In this document: positions 18,056-28,038 of the stretch, piece by piece | Numbering within the stretch: the first letter of the stretch is position 1 | Layout of the letters: every line of letters begins with the position of its first letter | Source: an uncultured Oscillospiraceae bacterium | GTDB lineage: Bacteria; Bacillota; Clostridia; Oscillospirales; Acutalibacteraceae | Assembly: GCA_900547305.1 (NCBI GenBank) | Contig: URGH01000002.1 | Span: 8,829-72,828 of the forward strand | Direction of reading: 5' to 3' | DNA: 64,000 nucleotides | Notes under the pieces: model-generated | What the model saw: the letters and a program-made list of their open reading frames with translations, nothing else | What the model was told of the DNA's origin: nothing | The model's database searches: none | Translations under genes and position numbers: made by a program

Positions 18056-18514
18056 TTACTTCTTTTTCAAGCCTTTTTTTAAACTATTTGCAAGGAATTT
18101 GAAAAAAAATCGCATTTTCCCCCCGCATTTGCAAAAAGCCCTGTCGATTGCCGAAAAAACCGCCGCCGAAACGCGGGAAATTTCGCCGAACACCCGCCGC
18201 AATATGCGTATAATAAAAAGCAACGCGGGCAAAAACAGACGCGACAGAGTAAACCGGCAAATAAAAAAACCTGCACCCATACCTATAAACGCAAACGCGC
18301 GCAGATCTCCTCCCGTAGTGCTGAGCAAAAAGCAAAAGCCTATAACGCCGCAGATCAGTGCATACAGAATATCCTCAAAAAATACCGCCGCCGCGTTTCT
18401 TTTAAAGCTTTTGCGCACCGCGCGAAAAATATCGTAAATAAGGCAGAAAACGCAGCCGACCGCCAAGGATAACAAAAAGGCGATAAGCTGCGAAATATTA
18501 TCTATTTCCCACAT
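18056..18514 (-). CDS. yabQ: Spore cortex biosynthesis membrane protein YabQ-like
   Basis: 152 aa multi-TM. Position between yabP and divIC. Confidence 0.55.
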   Translation of the reverse strand: MWEIDNISQLIAFLLSLAVGCVFCLIYDIFRAVRKSFKRNAAAVFFEDILYALICGVIGFCFLLSTTGGDLRAFAFIGMGAGFFICRFTLSRLFLPALLFIIRILRRVFGEISRVSAAVFSAIDRAFCKCGGKMRFFFKFLANSLKKGLKKK

Positions 18515-18517
18515 AGC

Positions 18518-18796
18518 TCACCTGAAAACGCGGGAGAAAAAACCGCCGTTTTTCTCGTCCGATGTATACGCCGCGGCATAAATCTTCCCCTCGGCGAATA
18601 AATCGCCGCTTGCGGTATCAAAATTCACTATATGAAGCCCCGCGCCCTTTACCGTCAGCCTGCCGAGCACCGTTTCAAGCAGCAGCGTTTCATCATCGAA
18701 CGAAATAACGTCCTTTACTCCCGAAAGCGTGAGCTTTTTTCTGTCCTCTATTATTATATTGTGATTGCTGCGAATAACCTCATCCACCGTAAACAC
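18518..18796 (-). CDS. yabP: Sporulation protein YabP
   Basis: 92 aa. YabP-like sequence (LTLSGVKDVISFDDETLLLET..G.L.VKG). Confidence 0.8.
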   Translation of the reverse strand: MFTVDEVIRSNHNIIIEDRKKLTLSGVKDVISFDDETLLLETVLGRLTVKGAGLHIVNFDTASGDLFAEGKIYAAAYTSDEKNGGFFSRVFR

Positions 18797-18832
18797 CCCT
18801 CAATAAAATATATTGAGGGGTGCGGCGGCTTA

Positions 18833-19075
18833 TTACTCAATAACGCGGTAAAGCCCTGCGGCGTCGTCCTTACGCACGGTCTCCGCAACCGATGTGACCT
18901 CGGCTTTGAAAAGTCTTGCCCCGAAGGATATTTCCAATATATCCCCCGCCTTAACGTCATACGACGCGCGCGCGGGCTTGCCGTTTACAGCCACTCTGCC
19001 TGCGTCGCACGCCTCGTTTGCAACGGTGCGCCTTTTAATTATTCGCGCTACCTTTAAATATTTATCAAGTCTCAT
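18833..19075 (-). CDS. yabO: S4-domain RNA-binding protein (YabO/Hsp15-like)
   Basis: Internal ATG at 19075 gives MRLDKYLKVARIIKRRTVANEA..., an S4 motif. The supplied 145-aa ORF is over-extended. Confidence 0.8.
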   Translation of the reverse strand: MRLDKYLKVARIIKRRTVANEACDAGRVAVNGKPARASYDVKAGDILEISFGARLFKAEVTSVAETVRKDDAAGLYRVIE

Positions 19076-19133
19076 AACAGTCACCCTAAAAACAAGAGCC
19101 GCCCTTATGGGCGGCTCGGCTTTAAGTATTAAA

Positions 19134-19409
19134 TTACTTAGAAAGAGAATCCTTAAGAGCCTTACCTGCTTTGAATACGGGATTCTTGGAAGCGGCAATT
19201 TCAATGGTCTGCTTGGTCTGCGGATTGATGCCGGTTCTTGCAGCGCGCTCGCGTACCTCAAAGGTACCAAAGCCTACAAGCTGAATCTTCTCGCCCTTTT
19301 TGAGCTCTTCAGCAACAGTGTCGAGAAAAGCGGAAAGTGCTTTTTCGGCGTCCTTCTTTGAAATAGCTGCCTTTTCAGCAATTGATACTACTAATTCTGT
19401 TTTGTTCAT
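19134..19409 (-). CDS. hup: DNA-binding protein HU
   Basis: MNKTELV... 91 aa. Classic HU beta-arm GFGTFEVRERAAR. Confidence 0.9.
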   Translation of the reverse strand: MNKTELVVSIAEKAAISKKDAEKALSAFLDTVAEELKKGEKIQLVGFGTFEVRERAARTGINPQTKQTIEIAASKNPVFKAGKALKDSLSK

Positions 19410-19586
19410 TTTTAAGAACCTCCAAAAAAATTTTTCAACGATTTCTCGTTTGAAATCCGTTAGGCACAAGCATAAAGCTTGTACTATATATTTTTACCAT
19501 ACTTTAAGAAAAAAATCAATCTATTTTCGTTAAAAATTTGATTTTTCTGTAAAAGAACATAAAAACCTCGTTTTAAACCCCCGTTT

Positions 19587-21230
19587 TCAGCGAATAATTC
19601 TATGTTTTCTACAAAATTCAGCCAGCTTTTTCCCCTTGTCAGAATCGGGGAAATCGCTTTCCGCCACCGTTTTAAGGGCAATAATCAGCGCCGCGTACAC
19701 CAAAGCCGCGGCTATAACGGCAACCAGAGTTACCCCGCGCGAGCTGCCGAGCCTTACCGTAAGCCGCGCCGCAAGCCCGCAAAGGGCGGCTGAAACAAGC
19801 GGCTTTAAAAAGACATTCGCGGTATCGGGCGCAAAGCCTGTCGCCTTTATTAAAACCTCAATATCAAGCAAGAAAATCACAAAAAAGCAAAGCACCGTGC
19901 CGAGCGCCGCGCTCATAACGTTGATTTTCGGCACTGCCACCGCAATAATATTTACAAGCAGCTTTACCGCCGTGCCCGCCGCCGTGTTTAAAAGCACCGC
20001 GTTCTGCTTTCCCAGCGCCTGCAAGATGCCGCCCAGCGGCACCAAAAAGCCCGCGAAAAGCGCCGCAAAGCCGTAAAGTGTCAGCATTTCGCCGCCTATT
20101 ACGGCGGAAGCCTCGGTATCGTATAAAAATTCGGTTATTCTGCCGCCTATTGCTATAAGTCCGCACGCGGCGGGCAGAGATATAAGCGCCGCGGTTTTAA
20201 GCACGGTGTTTATATTCTTTTTGAGTTCTGCCGTATTTCCCCTTGCTGCTGCCGCCGCTATTGCGGGCACCGCCCCCACGCCTATTACCGAGGTAAAGGC
20301 AGGCACAAGGTTAAAAACGGTATAAGCCTTACCCCGTATGCCGTAAAGCAAAACAGGAAAAGCCGATAAATCGGGCATATCGCCGTTTTTAAAAACCGAG
20401 CGGTAAATTTCCCTTAGATCCGTGCCGCTGCTTATAAGCCTTTCAAGCCCGCTTTTAACCGTGAATGCGTCAATCATAGGCGGAATGTTAACGGTAAGCG
20501 AGGTAAGCGCAATCGGTAGGGTAAGCAATATCATTTTTTTGAAGGCGTCCGTGCCGCTTTGCGGCTCCGGGCTGTTTTCAAGCATCTCAGCCGTAATGCC
20601 GTCGCCCTTAATTTTCGCATATATACGGGTGTAAAGAAACGCAAAAAGCGTACCGACGGTTATTCCCGCCATTGCCGCCGCGGCGCCCCATACGGTGCTG
20701 CCCGTAAGCCGCACCGTTATAAACGCCGCGCCAAGCCCCAAAATCAGCTTGCACAGCGCCTCTGTAAGCTCGGAAACGGCGGTAGGAAGCATATTGTTAA
20801 GCCCCTCGTAATACCCGCGCTCCGCCGATAAAACGCAGGAAAAAAGCACCGCGGGCGCCACCGCAAAAAGCGCGGGGGCGGTTTTACCCGTAGCGTCGGT
20901 AAGCCTTACGAACGGAATTACCAAAGCCGCGAAAACAGCCGTGCCTATAATTCCCGCTATAAGGAAAAATTTTCGTGAAAGCTTGTAAGATAAGCGGGCG
21001 TCGCGGTATCTGCCCGCCGCCATATGCTCCGAAACGGTTCTCGCTGTTGCCACGGGCAGCCCCGCCATTGCAAGGGAGTAAAGGGGCGAAAATAAATCGT
21101 AAGCGGAGGAAAAATAACCGAAGCCCTCATCGCCGAGACAACGCGCCGATGACAGCGGGATTTTAAAAAGCGCGCCGATAAGCTTTACAATAACGGCGGA
21201 TATAAGCAGCACCGCCGTGCCGTATTGCAT
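19587..21230 (-). CDS. MOP-superfamily polysaccharide flippase, SpoVB/YabM-like
   Basis: ~548 aa, 12-14 TM segments. Synteny with the yab cluster. Confidence 0.75.
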   Translation of the reverse strand: MQYGTAVLLISAVIVKLIGALFKIPLSSARCLGDEGFGYFSSAYDLFSPLYSLAMAGLPVATARTVSEHMAAGRYRDARLSYKLSRKFFLIAGIIGTAVFAALVIPFVRLTDATGKTAPALFAVAPAVLFSCVLSAERGYYEGLNNMLPTAVSELTEALCKLILGLGAAFITVRLTGSTVWGAAAAMAGITVGTLFAFLYTRIYAKIKGDGITAEMLENSPEPQSGTDAFKKMILLTLPIALTSLTVNIPPMIDAFTVKSGLERLISSGTDLREIYRSVFKNGDMPDLSAFPVLLYGIRGKAYTVFNLVPAFTSVIGVGAVPAIAAAAARGNTAELKKNINTVLKTAALISLPAACGLIAIGGRITEFLYDTEASAVIGGEMLTLYGFAALFAGFLVPLGGILQALGKQNAVLLNTAAGTAVKLLVNIIAVAVPKINVMSAALGTVLCFFVIFLLDIEVLIKATGFAPDTANVFLKPLVSAALCGLAARLTVRLGSSRGVTLVAVIAAALVYAALIIALKTVAESDFPDSDKGKKLAEFCRKHRIIR

Positions 21231-21256
21231 ACTTCGGCGCTTATTTTCCGCCGCGC

Positions 21257-21952
21257 TCAAAGCTCTGCCGCTAAGCGCGCACATTCAAGAATAAAATCCG
21301 AAAGTACGGTATCGCCCGAGTTGTTCATTTCGCGGTAAACGTCTCCCGCGCCCGCGCCCGCGTCGTCCGATATTCTGCGAACGGCGGCAAACGGCACGCC
21401 CGCATAATAGCAAACGTAGGCGATAGCGGCGGTCTCCATATCGCAGCAAACCGCGCCGAAATCGTTTTTAAGCCTTTCGCGCAAATTATCGTCTGTCACA
21501 AAGCAGTCGCCCGTTACCGCAGTGCCCGTTACCGCCCCCGGCAGCAGCGATAAAATACGGCTGTTCAGGCGCTTGTCCGCATTGTAAATATACTCCTGCC
21601 ACGGCTTTTCGCAGGGCTTGTAGCCTATACCCGTCAAGTCAAAATCATGCTCTAAAAAGCGGGAGCAAACGCAAATATCCCCGCGGCGAACGCCGTCTAT
21701 TCCGCCGGATAAGCCGTAGTTAAGCATTATTTCGCAGCCAATATCAACAAAATGCGCGGCGGCAGCGGCGGCGTTTACCTTGCCTATGCCGCAAAAACAG
21801 GCGTACACATCGGCTTTGCCCGTTTTGAAATTAAGTATTCTTCTTTTCAGAAAAGAGCTTTCCGAAAATTCGCCCCTTGTCACAAGGTCGGCAAGGGGCT
21901 TAAATTCTTCATCATCGGCAACAATTATGCCGATTTTTTTGTATTCCTGCAT
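21257..21952 (-). CDS. mtnN: 5'-methylthioadenosine/S-adenosylhomocysteine nucleosidase
   Basis: True start MQEYKKIGIIVADDEE with RBS GAGGAAG. PNP/MTAP fold motifs. Confidence 0.85.
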   Translation of the reverse strand: MQEYKKIGIIVADDEEFKPLADLVTRGEFSESSFLKRRILNFKTGKADVYACFCGIGKVNAAAAAAHFVDIGCEIMLNYGLSGGIDGVRRGDICVCSRFLEHDFDLTGIGYKPCEKPWQEYIYNADKRLNSRILSLLPGAVTGTAVTGDCFVTDDNLRERLKNDFGAVCCDMETAAIAYVCYYAGVPFAAVRRISDDAGAGAGDVYREMNNSGDTVLSDFILECARLAAEL

Positions 21953-21956
21953 TTGA

Positions 21957-22364
21957 TTATTCTTCCTCGGTTTTATCCTCTTTTTCGGGCTCAGCCGCGC
22001 TTTCAAAAACGAGTTTTTCGCCGCAGAAATTGCAATAAATCGAGTTTTTATCAATAGACGCGCCGCACTTAGGGCAAACGCGCTTATTCTTTATGTTGTT
22101 TATTTCGCGGCGCAAAGCCTCTATTTTCTCGGTCTTTGCGTTTATGGCGGTAACCAATTCCGCCGCCTTTTCGTCGGTTATTTCGGCGTCCTTAATTTCG
22201 GCATAATAATATCTGCCCAGCGCCTCAAAATCCTTTGTGCGTTTGGCTTCGAGCGAGGCTATATCAAACCTCTGCTTTTGGGTGGTTACAACCTCGTTTG
22301 TCTTTTTGCAGGCAACGTCAAGCGCTTCCTTAGCTTTATTTACTGCATCATCAAAAAAATCCAT
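21957..22364 (-). CDS. Coiled-coil protein with C-terminal zinc-ribbon (CPKCG...CNFCG)
   Basis: 135-aa ORF ending in a 4-Cys ribbon. Confidence 0.55.
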   Translation of the reverse strand: MDFFDDAVNKAKEALDVACKKTNEVVTTQKQRFDIASLEAKRTKDFEALGRYYYAEIKDAEITDEKAAELVTAINAKTEKIEALRREINNIKNKRVCPKCGASIDKNSIYCNFCGEKLVFESAAEPEKEDKTEEE

Positions 22365-22412
22365 AAATATTACCTCCTATAATTAAAATTTTATCACATA
22401 TCAAATCTTTTT

Positions 22413-23324
22413 TCAACCGATAAATTCGCGTATCAGCGAATTTTCGGGTATAAGCGACCTATCTATCGGGTAAAAGCGTTCAATGCTTTCAAGCGTCTGC
22501 ATAAAATACGGGTTATCCGCGCATTGCGCGGTCTCGTACTTTAAAGCGGAAAGCTCGCTTTTATAAAGGCACGGCTCGTAAATATGGAGGGTCTTAATCA
22601 GTATATCCGCCTGATTTTTAAAGCAGTAAAGATATTTTTCCTCGCCTGCCGTTACGCCTTTCCATAAATTCAGGGTCTCTGCGGGCGAAGTGCTGCGGAA
22701 TATTCTGTCTCTCAATACGCGCCGCACAAGCCTTATTTGGCGGCTTGTAAGCAATATTTCGTCGTTTTCATTCTCAATGCTGCGGTTTACGCTTATATAC
22801 GCCCTGAAAAGCTTTTCGTGCGGAATAATGCCTGTTAAAACAGGGTTTAAGGCGTGCAGCCCCTCAACTATTACAATGCTGTTGCCCGTAATATCAAGCT
22901 CGCGCGCGTTTTCTATACGCTTTTTCGCCTGAAAATCAAACTGCGGCAGATATGTTTTGCCGCTTTCAAGCGCCTTATTAAAGCATTTGTTTATAAGCGG
23001 AATATCAAGCGCGTTTACCGATTCAATATCCTGCGTGCCGTCGGGCAGCAGCGGCAAACGCTCAGGCGGCAGGTAAAAATCGTCAAGCGAAATAACGTCG
23101 GTTTTAACGCCCCTTTCGGCAAGGCACCCGCGCAGCATATGCGCCGTGGTGGTTTTTCCCGATGAGGAAGGACCCGCTATTGCAATGACCTTTATATTCT
23201 TATTTTGTGTTATTTTATCCGCCACCGCGGATATTTCGTTCCGATAGTGCCGCTCGGCGCGCAGAACCAACTCCTCGGGGCTTGTTTCGGCATAGTTATT
23301 TATTGTTTGCAGGGTACTTTTCAT
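22413..23324 (-). CDS. Uridine kinase/phosphoribulokinase-family P-loop nucleoside kinase
   Basis: Walker A AIAGPSSSGKTT. 303 aa. Confidence 0.7.
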   Translation of the reverse strand: MKSTLQTINNYAETSPEELVLRAERHYRNEISAVADKITQNKNIKVIAIAGPSSSGKTTTAHMLRGCLAERGVKTDVISLDDFYLPPERLPLLPDGTQDIESVNALDIPLINKCFNKALESGKTYLPQFDFQAKKRIENARELDITGNSIVIVEGLHALNPVLTGIIPHEKLFRAYISVNRSIENENDEILLTSRQIRLVRRVLRDRIFRSTSPAETLNLWKGVTAGEEKYLYCFKNQADILIKTLHIYEPCLYKSELSALKYETAQCADNPYFMQTLESIERFYPIDRSLIPENSLIREFIG

Positions 23325-24777
23325 AAAATTTCAGAATACCGTCCTTCCGTTCCTTAAGCTCAGAAAACCGACTGATATATTCATATGGATATTTGAAGTT
23401 AAAAATGCGTTCAATATTATTTCCGCCCGGTTCTCTCATTTTTGTAACAGCAGATGCACCGCAGGAAAGAATTGTGTGGGTTTCGTCCATAGTGTAAACA
23501 TTGTAAAGACATTCCGTTCCCGGTTTTGCATAGCCCACGTTTTCAAGATTACCTACGGTTTTGCTCTGCCTATACATATAGTATGGGTAAATTCCTGCGG
23601 TTTCAAGCGTTTTTTCGGCGTGTTCCACCATTTCGGCAGCCGCCGCGCCCATTTGCGCCTCGGGAAAAAGCCCCGATGTGTTAAGCGTGGAAGAGCGTTT
23701 CATTGAAAGCGAATGAACGGTAACGCTTTCGGGGCAAAGCGCCAGCACGCGGGAAAGCGTGTTTTCAAAGCTTGCGGGCGTATCGCCCGGCAATCCCGCT
23801 ATAAGGTCGGTATTTATGTTTTTAAAGCCGCACTCCCTTGCAAGCCGAAATGCCGCCTCGGTTTGCGCGGCGGTATGCTTTCTGCCTATGTTTTCAAGCA
23901 CCTCATCATTCATAGTCTGCGGGTTTATGCTGATTCTTGAGGCGCCCATACGCTTTATAACTTCCAGCTTTTCTCTTGTTACGGTGTCGGGTCTGCCCGC
24001 CTCTACCGTGTACTCCGCCGCGCTCTGTACGGGAAAATTCTCCGCCACTGCCGACATTATTTCTTCAAGCTGCTCGGCGGTTACAGAGGTAGGCGTTCCG
24101 CCGCCTATGTATATTGTTTCAAGTTTTAAAGAAAGTTTCTTTGCTATTTCAGCCGTAAGCCTTAATTCCTCGCATAAAAGGGCTATATACTGCGGTATAA
24201 GCCTGCGCGCCTGCTCAACCGAGTGTGAAACAAAGGAGCAATAGGCGCACCTTGTAGGACAAAAGGGAATTGAAATATAAAGGCTGTAGGAGCTTTTGCC
24301 CGATAAATCGGTTATTTTTTTTTCCGCCGCAACGGTTTTTTTGCAAAGCTCTGTTTTGGCGGGCTTTACATACAGCGCGTTTTTAAAATATTGCTCCGCC
24401 GCGGTTTCGCCCTCTGCCTTGCAAAGCCGCGAAAAAAGCTTGGCGGGGCGAACGCCCGTAAGTATTCCCCACGGCGGGGTGTAGCCAGACGCCGCAACAA
24501 AGCAATTGTAAAGCGCCGCGGCTATAAGCCGTTCGCACTCTTTCTCATAATTATCCGCGCTGTTTTCAAGCGTTTTTTCATCGGTATAAATATTTTCACC
24601 CAAAATCAGTTCCGCCGACAGGCGCGTTACGCCGTTTTCGCATGATAAAACGGTCACGGCGGCGCGGTCGGAATTATCTCTGCTTTCGCATATTTCAATT
24701 TTTTCAAACGGCAGAAAAATTCTTATCAGCTTTTCAAGCTCATAGCCGAATGAGTGACCTATTAAACAAAGCTTCAT
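23296..24777 (-). CDS. Radical SAM coproporphyrinogen dehydrogenase HemZ-like protein
   Basis: CPTRCAYCSF radical-SAM cluster motif. HemN/HemZ-like length. Confidence 0.8.
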   Translation of the reverse strand: MKLCLIGHSFGYELEKLIRIFLPFEKIEICESRDNSDRAAVTVLSCENGVTRLSAELILGENIYTDEKTLENSADNYEKECERLIAAALYNCFVAASGYTPPWGILTGVRPAKLFSRLCKAEGETAAEQYFKNALYVKPAKTELCKKTVAAEKKITDLSGKSSYSLYISIPFCPTRCAYCSFVSHSVEQARRLIPQYIALLCEELRLTAEIAKKLSLKLETIYIGGGTPTSVTAEQLEEIMSAVAENFPVQSAAEYTVEAGRPDTVTREKLEVIKRMGASRISINPQTMNDEVLENIGRKHTAAQTEAAFRLARECGFKNINTDLIAGLPGDTPASFENTLSRVLALCPESVTVHSLSMKRSSTLNTSGLFPEAQMGAAAAEMVEHAEKTLETAGIYPYYMYRQSKTVGNLENVGYAKPGTECLYNVYTMDETHTILSCGASAVTKMREPGGNNIERIFNFKYPYEYISRFSELKERKDGILKFYEKYPANNK

Positions 24778-24780
24778 TTT

Positions 24781-25392
24781 TTACCACACAAACATATTGT
24801 TTTCTTTTTCGTACCCCACGGTAGTAAAATCACCGTGACCGGGGTAAACCTTGGTTTCGTTTGGCAGGGCTATCAGCCGTTTAAGCGATTTTTTAAGGGC
24901 TTTAAGGCTGCCGCCCGGCATATCGGTTCTGCCCACGGCGCCCGCAAAGAGCGTATCCCCCGAAAAAAGGTTTTCGCTCGAAAGGTAGGAAACGCCGCCC
25001 ACGGTATGCCCCGGGGTTAAAATCACCTCAAAATCAATATCACCCACGCTGAATTTTTCGCCGTCGCAAAATGTGCGGTCAGCTGAAAAGGGGGCTATAT
25101 GCGCATGAAATTTATCCGATAAATTAAGCTCGGTATCTTTAAGGGCGGGCGCGTCAAGCTCGCCTATGCCTATTTCCACGCCTGTTTCATCTCTTAACGC
25201 TTCCGCACCGCCTATGTGGTCAAAGTGCGCGTGGGTTATAAGTATCATTCGCGCCTTTCCCTCGTTCGCCTTTAAAAAATCCGCTGTAATATCGGTTTTA
25301 AAGCCCGGGTCTATAACCACTGCCGCCTTATCGGTTGAAATTAGGTAGCAGTTTGTTTTAATCAGTCCTAAGTGTATTGCTCTGATTTCCAT
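24781..25392 (-). CDS. MBL-fold metallo-hydrolase (glyoxalase II-like)
   Basis: HAHFDHIGG motif. Start probably MEIRAIHLG. Confidence 0.75.
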   Translation of the reverse strand: MEIRAIHLGLIKTNCYLISTDKAAVVIDPGFKTDITADFLKANEGKARMILITHAHFDHIGGAEALRDETGVEIGIGELDAPALKDTELNLSDKFHAHIAPFSADRTFCDGEKFSVGDIDFEVILTPGHTVGGVSYLSSENLFSGDTLFAGAVGRTDMPGGSLKALKKSLKRLIALPNETKVYPGHGDFTTVGYEKENNMFVW

Positions 25393-25846
25393 TTTTCCTC
25401 CATATATCGGTATCAAACAAAATAGTAACGGGTCCGTCGTTTATTAAGGATACCTGCATATCCGCGCCGAAAATTCCCGTTTCAACGCTTTTAATGCCGT
25501 TTTTCCGCAGTTCCTCACAGTAAAGCATATACAGCTTATTCGCTTTTTCGGGTTCCATTGCGCCCGTAAACGAGGGGCGGTTGCCCTTTTTAACGTCGGC
25601 GCACAGGGTAAACTGGGAAATAGCAAGCATTTCGCCCTTTATATCGCAAACCGAGCGGTTCATTTTACCGTTTTCATCACAGAATATTCGCAAAGCCGCC
25701 GTTTTTTTGGCAAGCAGCGCCGCGTCCTCTGCGGTATCGCCCGTTTCGGCGCCGAAAAGCACCAAAAGCCCCTTGCCGCATTTTCCCACGGTTTCGCCGT
25801 TTACCGCCACGCTTGCGTTTTTAACACGCTGAATTACCGCTTTCAT
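25358..25846 (-). CDS. dtd: D-aminoacyl-tRNA deacylase
   Basis: MKAVIQRV...SQFTL...NDGPVTI signature. Confidence 0.85.
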   Translation of the reverse strand: MKAVIQRVKNASVAVNGETVGKCGKGLLVLFGAETGDTAEDAALLAKKTAALRIFCDENGKMNRSVCDIKGEMLAISQFTLCADVKKGNRPSFTGAMEPEKANKLYMLYCEELRKNGIKSVETGIFGADMQVSLINDGPVTILFDTDIWRKNGNQSNTLRTD

Positions 25847-28038
25847 TACTGATTTATCCTTTCCACGCCGAAAACGCCCTGCAGCTTTTCAAGCCGTGCT
25901 ATAATGCTTTTAAGGTGCTCAACGCTTTCAGCCGAGAGCGACATTATAACTAAGCAGTTGCCGCTCTTTGTTTGCCTTGCGCTTATGCTGTGCACGGGAA
26001 CGCGCATATTCTGCACCGCATTCATAACGTCTATTAAAAGCCCCTCGCGGTCGATTGCCGAAACCTGCAATGTAGATATAAACTTTTCCGATTGAGTGCC
26101 GTCCCAGTGCGCGGGAATCCAGCGTTCCGGCTCGGGGGAATCGGCAATATTAACAGGCACGTTATTGCAATCCCGCTTATGAATTGAAACGCCGTGACCG
26201 CGTGTAATAAAGCCTATAATATCATCGCCCGGCAGCGGAGTACAGCACTTTGAAAGCTTTATAAGGCAGTTATCAATGCCGTCCACCACAACGCCCTCGG
26301 ATGATTTACTGCGCCGCGTTTCGGGCACGGTAACTATCTCCTGCGGCTTTTGCGCGGCGGTGCGCTTGTTGTAATCCTCTTTAATTCGGGGCATTATTTT
26401 TGAAAGCAGTATTCCGCCGTAGCCTATTGCGGCGTAGAACTCATCCGCTCCCGAAAATTTAAGCCGTTTTGCAATATCCTCAATAAACTCCGTGTTTTCA
26501 TTTTCGGGCAAGTCTATTCCGTTGCGGCGGAATTCCCGCTCAACATCCAGCTTGCCTGCGGCGATATTTTCGGCGCGTTTTTCTTTTTTGAACCACGAGC
26601 GTATTTTTGACTTTGCCTGTGAAGTAACGGCAATACCCAGCCAGTCGCGGCTCGGCCCGTGCCCCGGCTGATTGGTGGTTAAAATTTCAATTACCTCGCC
26701 GGTTTTCACCTCGTGATTTATGGGCACTATTTTTCCGTCAACTTTAGCGCCCACCATTTTAGTACCTACCGCCGAGTGTATTGCAAAGGCAAAATCCACT
26801 ATGGTAGAGCCAACGGGCAGATTTATAACGTCGCCGCGGGGAGTAACCGCAAAAACGTCCTCCTGCGATAAATCAACCTTTATGCTGCGCACAAGGTCTG
26901 AAGCGTCGGTAGAGGCCGCCTGCGAATCGAGTATTTGCCTTATCCACTCAAGCCGCCGCTCCATTTTGGCGTTATTATCGGTAATGCCCTCTTTGTACTT
27001 CCAGTGCGCCGCTATACCGAACTCGGCTGTATGGTGCATTTCAAAGGTGCGAATTTGAATTTCGAAGGGTATTCCCGCACGGCTTATAACCGTGGTGTGG
27101 AGCGACTGGTACATATTGGGCTTAGGTGTGGAAATATAGTCCTTAAACCTGTTGGGTATCGGGCGGAACATATCGTGCATAATTCCGAGAATATTGTAGC
27201 AGTCCGCCACGGTGTCGGTTATAATTCTTATGGCGTAAATATCGTAAATTTCGTCAAAGTCCTTGCCCTGAACATACATTTTGCGGTATATGCCGTATAT
27301 TGATTTTATTCTGCCCTGAAACGCCATTTCCACATCGGGCATTTCTTCTTTCAGCCGCTTTTCTATGCGCTGCTTTATTTCCTCCAATATCTGCTCGCGG
27401 TGCTGCTTTCTCAGCATCAGCAGGTCTTCAATTTCCTTGTAGGCAACAGGGTCAAGGTGCTTTAGCGCAAGGTCCTCAAGCTCCTCTTTGACGGGGCGTA
27501 TACCGAGCCTGTGCGCTATCGGCGCATATATTTCCAGCGTTTCTACCGATTTATCCCTCTGCTTTTGCGCGGGCATTGCGTCAATCGTGCGCATATTGTG
27601 CAGCCGGTCGGCAAGCTTTATAATTATTACGCGTATATCCTGCCCCATTGCAATGAGCATTTTTCTGAGGCTCTCCGCCTGCTGCTGCTCCTTGGTGGTA
27701 AAGTTAAGCCTGCCTATTTTGGTAACGCCGTCTACAAGCAGCGCCACCTCGTCGCCGAACTCGCGCTTTACATCCTCTACCGTAGCGTCGGTGTCCTCTA
27801 CCACATCGTGTAAAAGCGCCGCAGCTATCGACTCGCTGTCCATTCCGAGGGAGACGATTATAAGCGCCACGTTAAACGGGTGAATATAGTAATCCTCGTT
27901 TGTCCAGCGCTTTTGACCGTCGTGCTTTAAAACGCAGTATTCAAACGCTTTTTTTATAAGTTTATAATCGTACTTTCCGCCGAAATCCTGCATTTGTTTA
28001 TACAGCTTATCGTAATCTCTTTGCTGTGCTTCGGTCAT
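25846..28038 (-). CDS. relA: Bifunctional (p)ppGpp synthetase/hydrolase
   Basis: HD, RelA/SpoT, TGS and ACT domains. 730 aa. Confidence 0.95.
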   Translation of the reverse strand: MTEAQQRDYDKLYKQMQDFGGKYDYKLIKKAFEYCVLKHDGQKRWTNEDYYIHPFNVALIIVSLGMDSESIAAALLHDVVEDTDATVEDVKREFGDEVALLVDGVTKIGRLNFTTKEQQQAESLRKMLIAMGQDIRVIIIKLADRLHNMRTIDAMPAQKQRDKSVETLEIYAPIAHRLGIRPVKEELEDLALKHLDPVAYKEIEDLLMLRKQHREQILEEIKQRIEKRLKEEMPDVEMAFQGRIKSIYGIYRKMYVQGKDFDEIYDIYAIRIITDTVADCYNILGIMHDMFRPIPNRFKDYISTPKPNMYQSLHTTVISRAGIPFEIQIRTFEMHHTAEFGIAAHWKYKEGITDNNAKMERRLEWIRQILDSQAASTDASDLVRSIKVDLSQEDVFAVTPRGDVINLPVGSTIVDFAFAIHSAVGTKMVGAKVDGKIVPINHEVKTGEVIEILTTNQPGHGPSRDWLGIAVTSQAKSKIRSWFKKEKRAENIAAGKLDVEREFRRNGIDLPENENTEFIEDIAKRLKFSGADEFYAAIGYGGILLSKIMPRIKEDYNKRTAAQKPQEIVTVPETRRSKSSEGVVVDGIDNCLIKLSKCCTPLPGDDIIGFITRGHGVSIHKRDCNNVPVNIADSPEPERWIPAHWDGTQSEKFISTLQVSAIDREGLLIDVMNAVQNMRVPVHSISARQTKSGNCLVIMSLSAESVEHLKSIIARLEKLQGVFGVERINQ

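Noticed and set aside
25358-25416. 59-nt overlap between dtd and the MBL-hydrolase ORF, as a possible frameshift
   Set aside because: Choosing MEIRAIHLG (25392) as the hydrolase start reduces the overlap to 35 nt. The extra Dtd C-terminal residues are plausible. There is no evidence of a frameshift.
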